In this document: positions 1 through 10,580 of the stretch, in pieces
Position numbering within the stretch: position 1 is the first letter of the stretch
How the letters are laid out: the number at the start of each line of letters is the position of its first letter
Source: Carpediemonas membranifera BICM
Lineage: Eukaryota; Protista; Fornicata
DNA length: 64,000 nt
Direction of reading: 5' to 3'
Assembly (NCBI GenBank): GCA_019828565.1
Contig: JAHDYR010000025.1
Coordinates: 930,001 to 994,000 of the forward strand
The notes under the pieces: model-generated
What the model was told of the DNA's origin: nothing
Database searches by the model: none
Seen by the model: only the letters and a program-made list of their open reading frames with translations
Translations under genes and position numbers: made by a program

Positions 1-1
1 C

Positions 2-1309
2 CCGGTCGCCCTGCACACGCTGAACCAGGGCGCGGTGTGGGCGTGTCTGCTGGGTGGCGGGGCCAACCCAGACCTCGAGGACAGGGTGCTGAACGAGGCT
101 CGAGAGAAGTGGCCAGATGAGACCGATATGCATGACAAGATCCGCAAGGCTCTCACGCCCGAGGCCAAGTGCCTCTGGTTCCTCTGCCGCAAGTTCTTCT
201 TCACGCTGAACGTCGCCGAGAAGGACGGCGAGAGCTATCAGTACACAGTATACGGCGATTGCTACCACCACCGCATGTACATGGGCCGACTCTTCATGCT
301 CGACACTGACTATCACGCCGCCCTCACCAGGGCCAGGATGCCCAGGGCCCTCGAGGTCTACAGCGCCTGGTTCACCCTCATCGCCAGGACGCCCAAGGGT
401 CTGTGGGGCTGGGGCGCTTGCTACAATGGTGAGCTGGGGTTCCAGTCATCTGGGTTCGTCGACCCGACCCGCCTCACCTTCCCCGCCTGCCCCAAGGTCG
501 CCGAGCTCGAGGCCAGCCTGCCCGCTTGGGAGAAGCACAGGATGGTGACCGATTTGTCGATGGAGAGATGGCAGACGTTCATACTCACCCCGGTCGGCAC
601 TGTCATGGCTGGTGGCAGTTCAGAAAAGTTTGTCGACCCGGTCGAGCGGGAGAAAAACAAACACCTCTTCCACCCAGTCGCCGTGCCCGGTGGCTTTGTC
701 CCAGATCACATCATGCATGTGGGTCCGTTGCATGCAGTGACTGTTATCCTCTCCATGGGCGATCGGCAGGTGATCAGCGGTGACAATCAGTATGGCCGGC
801 TGGGACTCGGGCACGAGAACGAGATGACTGCCTTCGAGGAGCTGCCCTTCAGCGTGGATCTGATCATGCCCAGCCTTGCAAGAAACTGCAACGTCTTCCT
901 CGGTGACCGTCAACTGCACTTCGCCGGCCTGGCTCTCCTTCATGTCACCCACTCCGGCCTGCTGCCTGGGTACCGCGAGGGCAACCTATGCCTCACAGCC
1001 ACCCAGCTCCGGTTCCCAGAGCGTGTCAAGGGGTTCTTCTGTAATACATCTGCGCTCGCCTGGGTCACTGAGGGCCTCACTCATCTGTGCATAAGAGACA
1101 TCCGGATGTACTGTGTGCAATTTGAGGCGACGGCTTTTGGTCAGTCATTACCCGGTGTCCCAGGGGCTGATGTGTTGCGCGACTCCACTAGCCAGTGGTT
1201 CAGGGTGGCAAGAGTCACAAATCGGGTGGCTGAGATGGTCGAGTGCGAGGTCCCTTCTTCACAATGGGAGATCGCCCCAGTCGACGTCGACCCGTGGCCC
1301 GAGCAGTAA
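2..1309 (+). CDS. RCC1/BLIP-II-like variable family protein, copy 1 (5' end outside window)
   Basis: Open frame from the window edge to TAA 1307-1309. RCC1-like motifs WGWG-x5-LGF and G-x-N-x-YGRLGLG. Near-identical anchor blocks shared with ten other loci here. Confidence 0.8.
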   Translation, partial: PVALHTLNQGAVWACLLGGGANPDLEDRVLNEAREKWPDETDMHDKIRKALTPEAKCLWFLCRKFFFTLNVAEKDGESYQYTVYGDCYHHRMYMGRLFMLDTDYHAALTRARMPRALEVYSAWFTLIARTPKGLWGWGACYNGELGFQSSGFVDPTRLTFPACPKVAELEASLPAWEKHRMVTDLSMERWQTFILTPVGTVMAGGSSEKFVDPVEREKNKHLFHPVAVPGGFVPDHIMHVGPLHAVTVILSMGDRQVISGDNQYGRLGLGHENEMTAFEELPFSVDLIMPSLARNCNVFLGDRQLHFAGLALLHVTHSGLLPGYREGNLCLTATQLRFPERVKGFFCNTSALAWVTEGLTHLCIRDIRMYCVQFEATAFGQSLPGVPGADVLRDSTSQWFRVARVTNRVAEMVECEVPSSQWEIAPVDVDPWPEQ

Positions 1310-1589
1310 ATGATATAGTAGCTCCCCTGCCGTGCATCTCCCTTCTGCCGTGCTCGCATCTCAAGATAGTTGCACTTATTCCTGACAGGTCCAGATCATC
1401 AGATCCTTTGTGGACTGGGGGATCTTTACCCAGCAGTATGAAGAAGACGATCTCCCTACCGACTTAAGACGTGAGTAGGAGGGAGACAGGGCAGTGTTGC
1501 GCAGTATAAACACATTGTTTGACCCTTCAATAGCACACACTCGAGAGCTCTAAACTGCGTCCCTGCCACATTTAGCAGGCAAAGACAAA

Positions 1590-3238
1590 ATGGCCGAATT
1601 CGATTCGCGCATTGCTATTGAGCCTGCCAACTTGTTAGAAGGTGCTTCTAATAGTCAGAACCGAAACGTTGTCCGCGTTATTTCCGACCTTCATCTCGGA
1701 TCTCACTGTTTGTTCAATAACTGCCAGCAAAGTCTAATAGAGCTGATTTTGCTGACAAGTTCCAACGCGTATACTAACACAGGGCATACTAGCGAGAACT
1801 CCAAGGCCCTCTCCGTCTGTCTCGATGAATGCCTCGATCCTGCCACCTTTGTCAAAGCCCTTGTCGTCGGCGGTGATATCCTGGAGCAGTGGCTTGTACC
1901 GCACCACACGTCCCCGCCTAATGTTGTGGACGTTCTTCGCCAGACCAACGTCTTCCCAGTCATTGAGAAACTCCGAGCCGTCTCCAAGAACGGCGTGCAA
2001 GTCTACTACATCCGGGGCAACCACGACGACGAGCTCGACACCCCCTCCCTCCGCGAAGTGTTCGGCGACGATCTCATCATTGTCGAGGGAGAGGAGCTCT
2101 GCTTCAACGGCATGAGGTTCCAGCACGGCCACTACCAGGACCTCCTCAGCATGCCGTACGAGGGCGCCAAGTTCCAGAGGCCCGCTAGCTACTACATGAG
2201 CAGGCTGGCTGCGGCGAGCGGTAACATGCAGGACCGGCCCAATCCGGGTTGGCTCAACTTCTCGTGGCTCGCCGGGAACCGCTTCGTTTGTTTCATTTCG
2301 CTCAGATTCCATTTACATAGTTTACATACTTCCTCACACTCTTTTACTTTAAGCCTGTGACGAAATACTTTATGAGGATGACAATGACCATCTCGTATCA
2401 AAAGAAGTGGCACGAAATCAAGGATGAGCGCGTGCAGCTCAGAAACGGCAATTCCTTGTCCCTCTCAGAGATCGTCACCGAATATTCGGATCTGATCTGG
2501 TACGCGATGGAGAGATACGGTCCTGTCCGGACTGCCGCGATGTTCCGCATGAGCCTCTCCGGCAACGTCGGTCACTGGATGCGGCGCTCGCCCTACCTCA
2601 TCGAAGTCGCCGGCCACTCGCACATCCCCATGTTGAGGTCGTACATGCGGTACAAGAGCCTGCTGTCGGACGGGACCAAGGCGCCGCGGACCCTGCCGAC
2701 CAAGGTCATTTATGCCAACTCGGGTTCATTTACTGGGGGCGAGTCGACCTATGTAGACATCTTGCTCTCTCGCACGTCGCACGAGGTCGGCTGGCGGTCC
2801 TACCTCCCACCCTACCTCTTCGGCCTCGAGCACCCCCGCGACAACCGCTCCTACTACGAGAACTACAAGGGCGAACCCACCACTAATGTGCAGCCTCATA
2901 GTTGGGATCCCGCCGGCTCGATCAATGACCCTGCCCGGCTGACCCAGCAGGAGTCGGGTGTGGCAGCTGGCACGGTGGTCCCATACGAGGTCCGCATGGC
3001 CGAGTGGCGTGACGGAGGCTTCTACATCAGGAAGGCCAAGCGGGTGCCCTACCGGTTCGACCCCACCTCGTTTAACAGAAGAAAGCATGCTGTGAACAAG
3101 TATGACGTGCCCATCGAGTCTGGCTGGGTCACAGCTATGGGCGGGGCCCGGATGGGTGTGCCCGTCACAAGCGTGGACGCTGGGGACATGTGGGGCTGTG
3201 AGGCGTTGCAGACTAGTGACGTCGAGGATATGGTGTAG
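1590..3238 (+). CDS. Calcineurin-like metallophosphoesterase (LpxH-like motif set), two exons
   Basis: Motifs SDLHLG, GGD, RGNHD and HGH in ORF 1590-2360, and GHSH in ORF 2357-3238. The frames are joined by a short GT-AG intron. Confidence 0.8.
2286..2320 (+). other. Putative 35-nt spliceosomal intron
   Basis: GTTTGT...TTTACATAG, AT-rich. Removal joins the two metallophosphoesterase ORFs in frame (NRF|FTYF). An alternative acceptor at 2353 also keeps frame. Confidence 0.6.
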
Positions 3239-3520
3239 GGCTTTACATTTTTTTTTGAAGTTTTGTCTAAAAGTTTTGACCAAGAGAATGCGATGAGGGT
3301 ACGGACTTTGTGGGGTTGCCATGATATCCTTTGGCGGGTGTCCCAGGAAAGTGTCCGAGGCTGAGGCATATCGTCTGCCCACACAGGCGGGACACGTCGA
3401 CTTGTCTCTGGCCGGGACAGCGCGGCTTCCCTGCTGGCCATGAGGCCTGGGGCATGGGCACTGCGGGGCGCGTGTCCGACTGCAGCCGAGTTGCTTGGCA
3501 ACGAACGAACGACATGAGCA

Positions 3521-5170
3521 ATGGAGACGCGAGAGGCGCTGATAGCGCCCCATCGGCTCTCAATAACGGCCACGAGCAGCATCGCAGGCGACATCCCCTC
3601 GCTCATCGCCTGCGCGTACCAGCGTCACTTCAATGAGGAAATCCCGCTCAGATCTGGCATGCTGAACGCATTCAGGACGGATATCCACAATCATACAACC
3701 ACAGACGCGCTGCAAGATGGCCACGATCTCGAATCCCTCCTCGCCACGCTCTCCGCGATCCCCACTCTCGAACCATCCGCGCAAGCCCTCCTCGACCGCG
3801 CCCGCTCGATCCTCACCAGCGGCCCCCCGCTGTCCATGAACGTCGAGCTCGCGGACGGCGAGGAGCTCCCGATCGCCATGCACACGCTGAACCAGGGCGC
3901 GGTGTGGGCGTGTCTGCTGGGTGGCGGGGCCAACCCAGACCTCGAGGACAGGGTGCTGAACGAGGTTCGAGAGAAGTGGCCAGATGAGACCGATATGCAT
4001 GACAAGATCTGCAACGCTCTCGCCCCCGAGGCCAAGTGCCTCTGGTTCCTCTGCCGCAAGTTCTTCTTCACGCTGAACGTCGCCGAGAAGGACGGCGAGA
4101 GCTATCAGTGCAACGACGGCGAGTGGAATGAGTTTGACGGATGCTACCACCACCGCATGTACATGGGCCGACTCTTCATGCTCGACACTACCAAGCACGC
4201 CGCCCTCACCAGGGCCAGGATGCCCAGGGCCCTCGAGGTCTACAGCAACACATGGACCCACATCGCCAGGACGCCCAAGGGCATGTGGGGCTGGGGTGAT
4301 AGCGGCTCTGGTCAGCTGGGGTTCGAGTCGTCTGGGTTCGTCGACCCGACCCGCCTCACCTTCCCCGCCTGCCCGAAGGTCGCCGAGCTCGAGGCCAGCC
4401 TGCCCGCTTGGGAGAAGCACGGGATGGTGACCGATGTGTCGATGGATGGCTGGCAGACGTTCATACTCACCCCGGTCGGCATAGTTGCGGGTGCGGATTC
4501 AACATGGTATGTCGGCCCAGTCGAGGAGGAGAACAGGCACCTCTTCCACACAGTAGCAGTGCCCGCTGGATTTGTCCCAGACCACATCATGCAAGACCTG
4601 TACGATACTGTCATCCTCTCAATGGGCGATCGGCAGGTGATCAGCGGTGACAATCGGTATGGCCGGCTGGGTCTCGGTCACGAGAACGAGATGACCGGCT
4701 TCGAGGAGCTGCCATTCAGGGTCGACCGGATCATACCAGACTTTTCGTTTAATGTCTTCCTCAGCGACCGCCAGCTGCTTTTCGCTGGCGAAGTTCCCCG
4801 TCCTATCGCCCAGTCGGGCCTGCTGCCTGGGTACAGCAAGGGCGACAAGTGCCTCACAGCCACCCCGCTCCGGTTCCCAGAGAGAGTCAAGGGATTCTTT
4901 TGTGACTATGATCTTATCTGGGTCACTGAGGGCCGCACTCACATGTACAGCCGTGACAAACATTACAGCGTGCCCTTTGAGGCGACGGCTTTTGACAGCA
5001 GACAGGTTAGGATAAGAGGCAGATACACCCTCTCATTCCGCAACTCCACCGGCCAGTGGTTTGAGGCGAAGACGGTGTCTGATGGGGTGGCTGAGTTGGC
5101 CGAGTGCGAGGCACCCACATTGCACTATGAGATCATCCCAGTCGACGTCGACCCGTGGCCCGAGCAGTAA
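3521..5170 (+). CDS. RCC1/BLIP-II-like variable family protein, copy 2 (complete, 549 aa)
   Basis: Full ORF with the N-terminal type shared with copy 3, all family anchors and a PVDVDPW end. Confidence 0.85.
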   Translation: METREALIAPHRLSITATSSIAGDIPSLIACAYQRHFNEEIPLRSGMLNAFRTDIHNHTTTDALQDGHDLESLLATLSAIPTLEPSAQALLDRARSILTSGPPLSMNVELADGEELPIAMHTLNQGAVWACLLGGGANPDLEDRVLNEVREKWPDETDMHDKICNALAPEAKCLWFLCRKFFFTLNVAEKDGESYQCNDGEWNEFDGCYHHRMYMGRLFMLDTTKHAALTRARMPRALEVYSNTWTHIARTPKGMWGWGDSGSGQLGFESSGFVDPTRLTFPACPKVAELEASLPAWEKHGMVTDVSMDGWQTFILTPVGIVAGADSTWYVGPVEEENRHLFHTVAVPAGFVPDHIMQDLYDTVILSMGDRQVISGDNRYGRLGLGHENEMTGFEELPFRVDRIIPDFSFNVFLSDRQLLFAGEVPRPIAQSGLLPGYSKGDKCLTATPLRFPERVKGFFCDYDLIWVTEGRTHMYSRDKHYSVPFEATAFDSRQVRIRGRYTLSFRNSTGQWFEAKTVSDGVAELAECEAPTLHYEIIPVDVDPWPEQ

Positions 5171-5490
5171 ATGATAGTACCCCTGCCGTGGCATCTCCAG
5201 TTTATCATACCAGTCTGCCAATCCCTCCCTTTGGCTTTCCAGTCGCATCAAACTCATTCCGAACTCCGCTGATTTACCACACTTGCCCAAGCAATATCCT
5301 CCACATTCCGAGGGGAATGTCCTCGCCGAAACCATCCTCATTACCACACGTGGAGGGGCACTGGCCGCGCAACATGGTCTGGGTGGGTCGCATTCATAAC
5401 AGCAAACGATGAAAGCAGTCTGTCATACGGCCTCCTTCAAGCCCTGAATCGCCAGGGCTCCTAGTAGACTATACGCAGAGGCGCGGAGTC

Positions 5491-5650
5491 CCCCCAAATG
5501 CATCAATTGATTGACTTATGAAAATGACATTTTTGATTTCTGCCACGCACCCGCCTGAGGAGCTACAGTCGGCGCATCCCCTAGATCGCTAGCAACTTGC
5601 TATCCCTAGCGATTAAGTCAATCTCCCGGCGATAGCGTTCAAACTCGTTG
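5491..5650 (-). repeat. Bipartite non-coding element, copy A
   Basis: 5609-5650 is the exact reverse complement of 52674-52715 (42 bp), and 5491-5506 of 52736-52751 (16 bp). Confidence 0.85.
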
Positions 5651-5805
5651 GCAAGTTTTCTTTATGATGCGAAAGCCCTGCCTGACTCTCCTGCTTTCCA
5701 TGTTGATGATGATGTTATGAGATGAGATCGAGAGAGAGCTTGGTGAGCATCCCCACAGATTGTTGGGCAGACCAGCGGGCCAGCTGAGTGGTACCTTACC
5801 TTACC

Positions 5806-6690
5806 GGGCAGGCTGGCCTCGTGCTCGGCGACCTTGGGGCAGGCGGGGAAGGTGAGGCGGGTCGGGTCGACGAACCCAGATGACTTGAACCCCAGCTGAC
5901 CATATCCGCTATCACCCCAGCCCCACAGACCCTTGGGCGTCCTGGCGATGTGTGTGATCTCGTTGCTGTAGACCTCGAGGGCCCTGGGCATCCTGGCCCT
6001 GGTGAGGGCGGCGTGATAGTCAGTGTCGAGCATGAAGAGTCGGCCCATGTACATGAGGTGGTGGTAGCAATCGCCGTATACTGTGTACTGATAGCTCTCG
6101 CCGTCCTTCTCGGCGACGTTCAGCGTGAAGAAGAACTTGCGGCAGAGGAACCAGAGGCACTTGGCCTCGGGCGTGAGAGCCTTGCGGAGCTTGTCGTACA
6201 TCTCGGTCTCATCTGGCCACTTCTCTCGAGCCTCGTTCAGCACCCTGTCCTCGAGGTCGGGGTTGGCCCCGCCACCCAGCAGACACGCCCACACCGCGCC
6301 CTGGTTCAGCGTGTGCAGGGCGACCGGGAGCTCCTCGCCGTCCGCGAGCTCGACGTTCATGGACAGCGGAGGGCCGCTGGTGAGGATCGAGCGGGCGCGG
6401 TCGAGGAGGGCTTGCGCGGATGGTTCGAGAGGGTGGATCTCTGAGAGCGTGGCGAGGAGGGATTCGAGATCGTGGCCATCTTGCGGCGCGTCTGTGGTTG
6501 TATGATTGTGGATAAACGTCCTTAATGCGTTCAGCATGCCAGATCTGAGCGGGATTTCCTCATTGAAGTGACGCTGGTACGCGCAGGCGATGAGCGAGGG
6601 GATGTCGCCTGCGATGCTGCTCGTGGCCGTTATTGAGAGCCGATGGGCCGCGATCAGCGCCTCTCGCGTCTTTTTGTCTCCATTGCTCAT
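5806..6690 (-). pseudogene. RCC1-like family copy 3, 3'-truncated
   Basis: Starts MSNGDKKT at 6690. Family homology stops after EASLP at 5806, and the frame runs on into unrelated sequence to 5662. Confidence 0.8.
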
Positions 6691-7406
6691 GCCGGACCAT
6701 ATGCGACGACTCACAAATGAATCGGACCGAGGGGTTGCCGGCCAGTCTCATCGCATACTACAGCTTGCTCTCTCAGACTCCGGGCCACCACCCGAAGCGT
6801 TAGTTCGTGCCGGTAAATCTGCACCTCGACAACAAGAAATCACATGGGAAATTCTTCAACAGGAGGCAGCGGCGCAGGCGACGGACCTCGCATCGAGACG
6901 AACAGAGGAAAATGCCAGCCTCATTATGCGAACAGCGGCGAATACAATGACACGTTGTAGTGGCACAAGAAATGGATGAGAGAGTCTCCATCTGAGCTTT
7001 CACTCGATAAAACGACCGATTGCTCGCATATTCCTGGTGTAATAACCATCCGTCGTTCCCCCATGGCAAGATATTTGCTCTGAGCTGCCTACCCATTTGT
7101 GGCTGAGCATTAATGACCTTACCAGTTCCATTCTTCGGGCCTACGAGACCTTCCTCCGCATCTTCAAGCCATTACGCGTCAGCCATCGTTCACTACTCCT
7201 CTGAAAGAGTCGGCCTGCTGTTGAGCCAAGACCAAGAAAGGACGAACGAAGTGGGTGAGGAGATGCAACATGAAGCATGGCCTGTGGGCCGTGGTGAGTG
7301 TACGTATGCTTAATGCGCGGCGATTCTATGTGGCTGGCTCAGAAAAAGTGTCTGACTTGTCATAAGTCGACAAGACTTTATAAATTGAAAACGGACGAGG
7401 GAATAC

Positions 7407-7877
7407 TCATATCAGCGCCTTTTTGAGGCGGAAAGCACTGTTTCCCGACAGATAGTAGGCCCGGAGGTGCTTAGTAACGACAAAACCGAGCCCGTCATAG
7501 AATGAGAGCGCCGCCGTGTTGGAGCATTCTGTCTCCAGGCACACCTCCGTGGCTCCTTCATCGCGCATGCCCTGGATCGAGCGGCGGACAAGCTCTCCGG
7601 CGATGCCGCGGTGGCGAAAGTCCGGGTCCACAGCCACCATGGCGATGTAGCCGCGGTAACCATGCTTGCGCTGATCAACCTTGCCGCATATCGCTCCAAT
7701 TATGCAGTTGTGCTTATCAACAGCAACGTGAGCGAGCTTAGGGAACGTTGTGGTGAATATGCGATATGTGTAGATATTGTAGGGTTCTGAGAGATGCTGC
7801 TCGAATAGAGCCATCATATCATCGAGTTGAGACTCATCGGGATTGTACGGAAGATACCGCACCTCGCTGACTGACAT
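7407..7877 (-). CDS. NAA30: N-alpha-acetyltransferase 30 (NatC catalytic subunit, Mak3)
   Basis: LSEPYNIYTYRIF, RGYIAMVAVD, RHRGIA, EVCLETE and YYLSGNSAFRLK match Naa30/Mak3 motifs. Likely start MSVSEV at 7877. Confidence 0.9.
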   Translation of the reverse strand: MSVSEVRYLPYNPDESQLDDMMALFEQHLSEPYNIYTYRIFTTTFPKLAHVAVDKHNCIIGAICGKVDQRKHGYRGYIAMVAVDPDFRHRGIAGELVRRSIQGMRDEGATEVCLETECSNTAALSFYDGLGFVVTKHLRAYYLSGNSAFRLKKALI

Positions 7878-8061
7878 TTGCGTGGATTGGGCGTGCTCGT
7901 CGATCAGAATGAGATTTGATGAGACAAGTCCGGACTGCGTTAAGTGGATCAAAGCGCGTCTGTTCACGTCAAATATGTCGCCCACTGCCGCTGAGGTCGC
8001 TCGTTTTGTCGAGCAACTTTTTTTCATGAAAAAACGAAGAGCTTGAGAGAAAGAGACCAGA

Positions 8062-9120
8062 ATGAACGAACAGCTCGTTGTCCGTCCTATCTCCCTGAAC
8101 GGCCACAACAGACCAGTCAAGCGCGTTCTCTTCACACGGGATGGAGACTTCTTCGTGTCCTCTAGCACGGATCGCACTTGCGTGCTCTGGAGAACCTCGA
8201 ACGCTCACATTACCGGCGTTTACAAGCACGAGGCTGCAGTGGAGACCATGGATCTCAGCCCTGATGACAAGCTCATTGCTGCTGGTGGCTTCGGTGGCAT
8301 CAACATTTGGGACCTCTTCAGTGGCCGCCTTGTTGGTCGCATTGAGGGCAAGAACTATGCCCCTGTCTGGCTCGCCTTCGACTGCAATGGCGACCGCCTC
8401 GCGGTGGTGAGTTCTAAGCGCATGAACACCGCAGCTTCCCTCCGCATTTTCGATGTATCCGAAATGAAAAAGAATGAGACGGACAAGCCGGTCGTCCTGG
8501 ACATCAACGACACGCCCTACATCTCGAAACCCGAGTCCCTCTCGACCTTCCTCCTCCAGCGCGCTACGGTCGTCACATTTGACCGCATGTCGCAGCACAT
8601 CATCCTGGGCACGGACTGCGGCTCGGATGGTGAAGGCGAGCTCTACAAGATCGACCCCGAGACGCTTGAGATCGTCGGGGAGCCCGTATACGCCCACGAG
8701 TCGGCTGTGGCGCAGATTGAGTTCAGCTTGGATTACACCCACTTCCTGACTTGCGGATACAACGACAAGCAGGCCAAGCTCTGGGATTCTGCGACCATGG
8801 AGTGCATCAAGACGTATAACATGAAGGTCCCCTGCCGCGGTGGCGCCATCCACCCCCACATTGACCAGATTATTCTTGCCGGCGGGCAGGATGCCCGTGA
8901 TGTCACCCAGACTGGCTCCACGGAGGATCAGTTCCACATCTTCTTCTACGATAAGATCATGGCCGAGCCCCTCGGCGAGCTGAGCGGCCACTTCGGTCCC
9001 GTTCACTGCCTGGCGTTTTCTCCATCCGGCAAGGAGATCGCTTCATGCTCTGAGGATGGTACTGTGCGTCTTTACGTGTTCGTTGACGGCGACTCTTATC
9101 TGAAGTGGCACTCTGTGTAA
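8062..9120 (+). CDS. EIF3I: Translation initiation factor 3 subunit I (WD40)
   Basis: N-terminal RPISLNGHNRPV, internal LAGGQDARDVT and C-terminal GHFGPVHCLAFSPSG...EDGTVRL are characteristic of eIF3i/Tif34. Confidence 0.9.
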   Translation: MNEQLVVRPISLNGHNRPVKRVLFTRDGDFFVSSSTDRTCVLWRTSNAHITGVYKHEAAVETMDLSPDDKLIAAGGFGGINIWDLFSGRLVGRIEGKNYAPVWLAFDCNGDRLAVVSSKRMNTAASLRIFDVSEMKKNETDKPVVLDINDTPYISKPESLSTFLLQRATVVTFDRMSQHIILGTDCGSDGEGELYKIDPETLEIVGEPVYAHESAVAQIEFSLDYTHFLTCGYNDKQAKLWDSATMECIKTYNMKVPCRGGAIHPHIDQIILAGGQDARDVTQTGSTEDQFHIFFYDKIMAEPLGELSGHFGPVHCLAFSPSGKEIASCSEDGTVRLYVFVDGDSYLKWHSV

Positions 9121-9203
9121 ATGCGGTTTAGTTGTTTGCATTCTGTCGTGGCGGTGGGTTTTGTTCGTTGCGCAGAATACGTTCAGCGTCGAGAAGTCAG
9201 CAG

Positions 9204-10190
9204 ATGATGCCTATTGAGCTTCTGCCAATCGTTCAACAGTCTTTTGCTGAGAACTGGCTATTCTTTGCGCTAATTGCAGTTTGCCTTGGTATTCTTGCCA
9301 TCTCGATGCGCGGAAAGCGGGCAAACACTCTTCGTGCTCGTGAGATCTCAGGCATCCTCCAGGAGCCCGTTTCCGCTGCCTTTGATGAATGCGATCACAA
9401 GCTCTACCGCGTATCCAACTCCTCATTCACCTACCGTGCTTCCGGTCATGCGTTTGCCGAGGGCCTTGTCGCCCACATCAACTTGATGCCTCGCCACGAC
9501 CTCGTAACCAGACTAGCCATGATCCCCTTCACCACTGTCCGTGACGCCGTCGTATTCGAGATCCCGCTGAAGTGCAACAGTCCCAGCCACACGTTTGCTG
9601 CCATCTCGACGAAGGGCCTCGGGGCCACCCTCGACGTTGCCTCCGACCTCCGCAAATACTGCAGCATATTCCCCACCCCTGCTGCTCTGGACGATCCCGA
9701 GGCTACACACAACACGATCAAGATCCTGTCCACCTCTTCTGACCTGAAGAACCAGTATCTCACGCCTGAAGTCATCGAGGCGATCAAATCGCTCGGCACC
9801 TCCTTCCATTCGGTTCATATCACTGATAAGAACACCCGCAGTGGCAACGTTGCCGTGCTTCGCGTGGAAGTGGAGCTCCCGGCCAGTGGTGTGACCACTA
9901 TCGTGAGAGGCGGTCTCCTACTCAGCCTGGCGTTGCTCAACATCGTTCCTGCCATTACGATCTCAAAGAAGGAGATGGCTAGACGCCAGAAGGAGGCCCA
10001 GAAGGCCAAGAAGCAGGCCCAGCACGAGAAGCTCGTCGAGCGTACCCAGCAGAAGCGCCAGGCCAGAGACGAGGCCGAGGAGAAGAAATTGGTCGGCCTG
10101 AGTGGCGCAGAACAACGCAAGCTCGAGGAGAAGAAGGCCAAGAAGGAAGCTAAGCGGTCAGAACGTCGCCAATCAAAGCGGGTCATGTAG
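9204..10190 (+). CDS. CCDC47: PAT complex subunit CCDC47-like (DUF1682)
   Basis: Single N-terminal TM, LxPRHDL and HITD motifs, and a basic coiled-coil C-terminus EQRKLEEKKAKKE. Confidence 0.75.
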   Translation: MMPIELLPIVQQSFAENWLFFALIAVCLGILAISMRGKRANTLRAREISGILQEPVSAAFDECDHKLYRVSNSSFTYRASGHAFAEGLVAHINLMPRHDLVTRLAMIPFTTVRDAVVFEIPLKCNSPSHTFAAISTKGLGATLDVASDLRKYCSIFPTPAALDDPEATHNTIKILSTSSDLKNQYLTPEVIEAIKSLGTSFHSVHITDKNTRSGNVAVLRVEVELPASGVTTIVRGGLLLSLALLNIVPAITISKKEMARRQKEAQKAKKQAQHEKLVERTQQKRQARDEAEEKKLVGLSGAEQRKLEEKKAKKEAKRSERRQSKRVM

Positions 10191-10580
10191 CCCTGCTCGG
10201 CAAGGATGGGGGATGTGAATAAAACTACGACGATATCGCGTGGCATGCCCTGAGCTTGATATGCTGTGGGTGTTTTGGGCTTTAAGATGGACTCATTCTC
10301 CCATTTTCAACGCCTGTCTTTTCGACTCGTTGTGAGTCATTCTTCACTTGCAGCTTCCCCTCGGGAATCTCATCTTGGGACGATCGTCTACTTCTCTTCG
10401 CACCGGAAAACGAACATTCTCTGATACTAGTATCTCACACTTGTACCAGGCACCCGTTTAACGTGCAGCGAATCTTATAGACATAGGACACGACCCTATC
10501 AAGCGCAACTGCTGGCTCAACACACGTTTCGCCTACAGCTATAGCTCAAGTACACTCTATTTTCCTTGTTTGCTTCCTGA

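Noticed and set aside
5502-5511. ATCAATTGAT palindrome recurring at 55129-55138 and ~39249
   Set aside because: Only 10 bp, one instance lies in coding sequence, and there is no further shared context.
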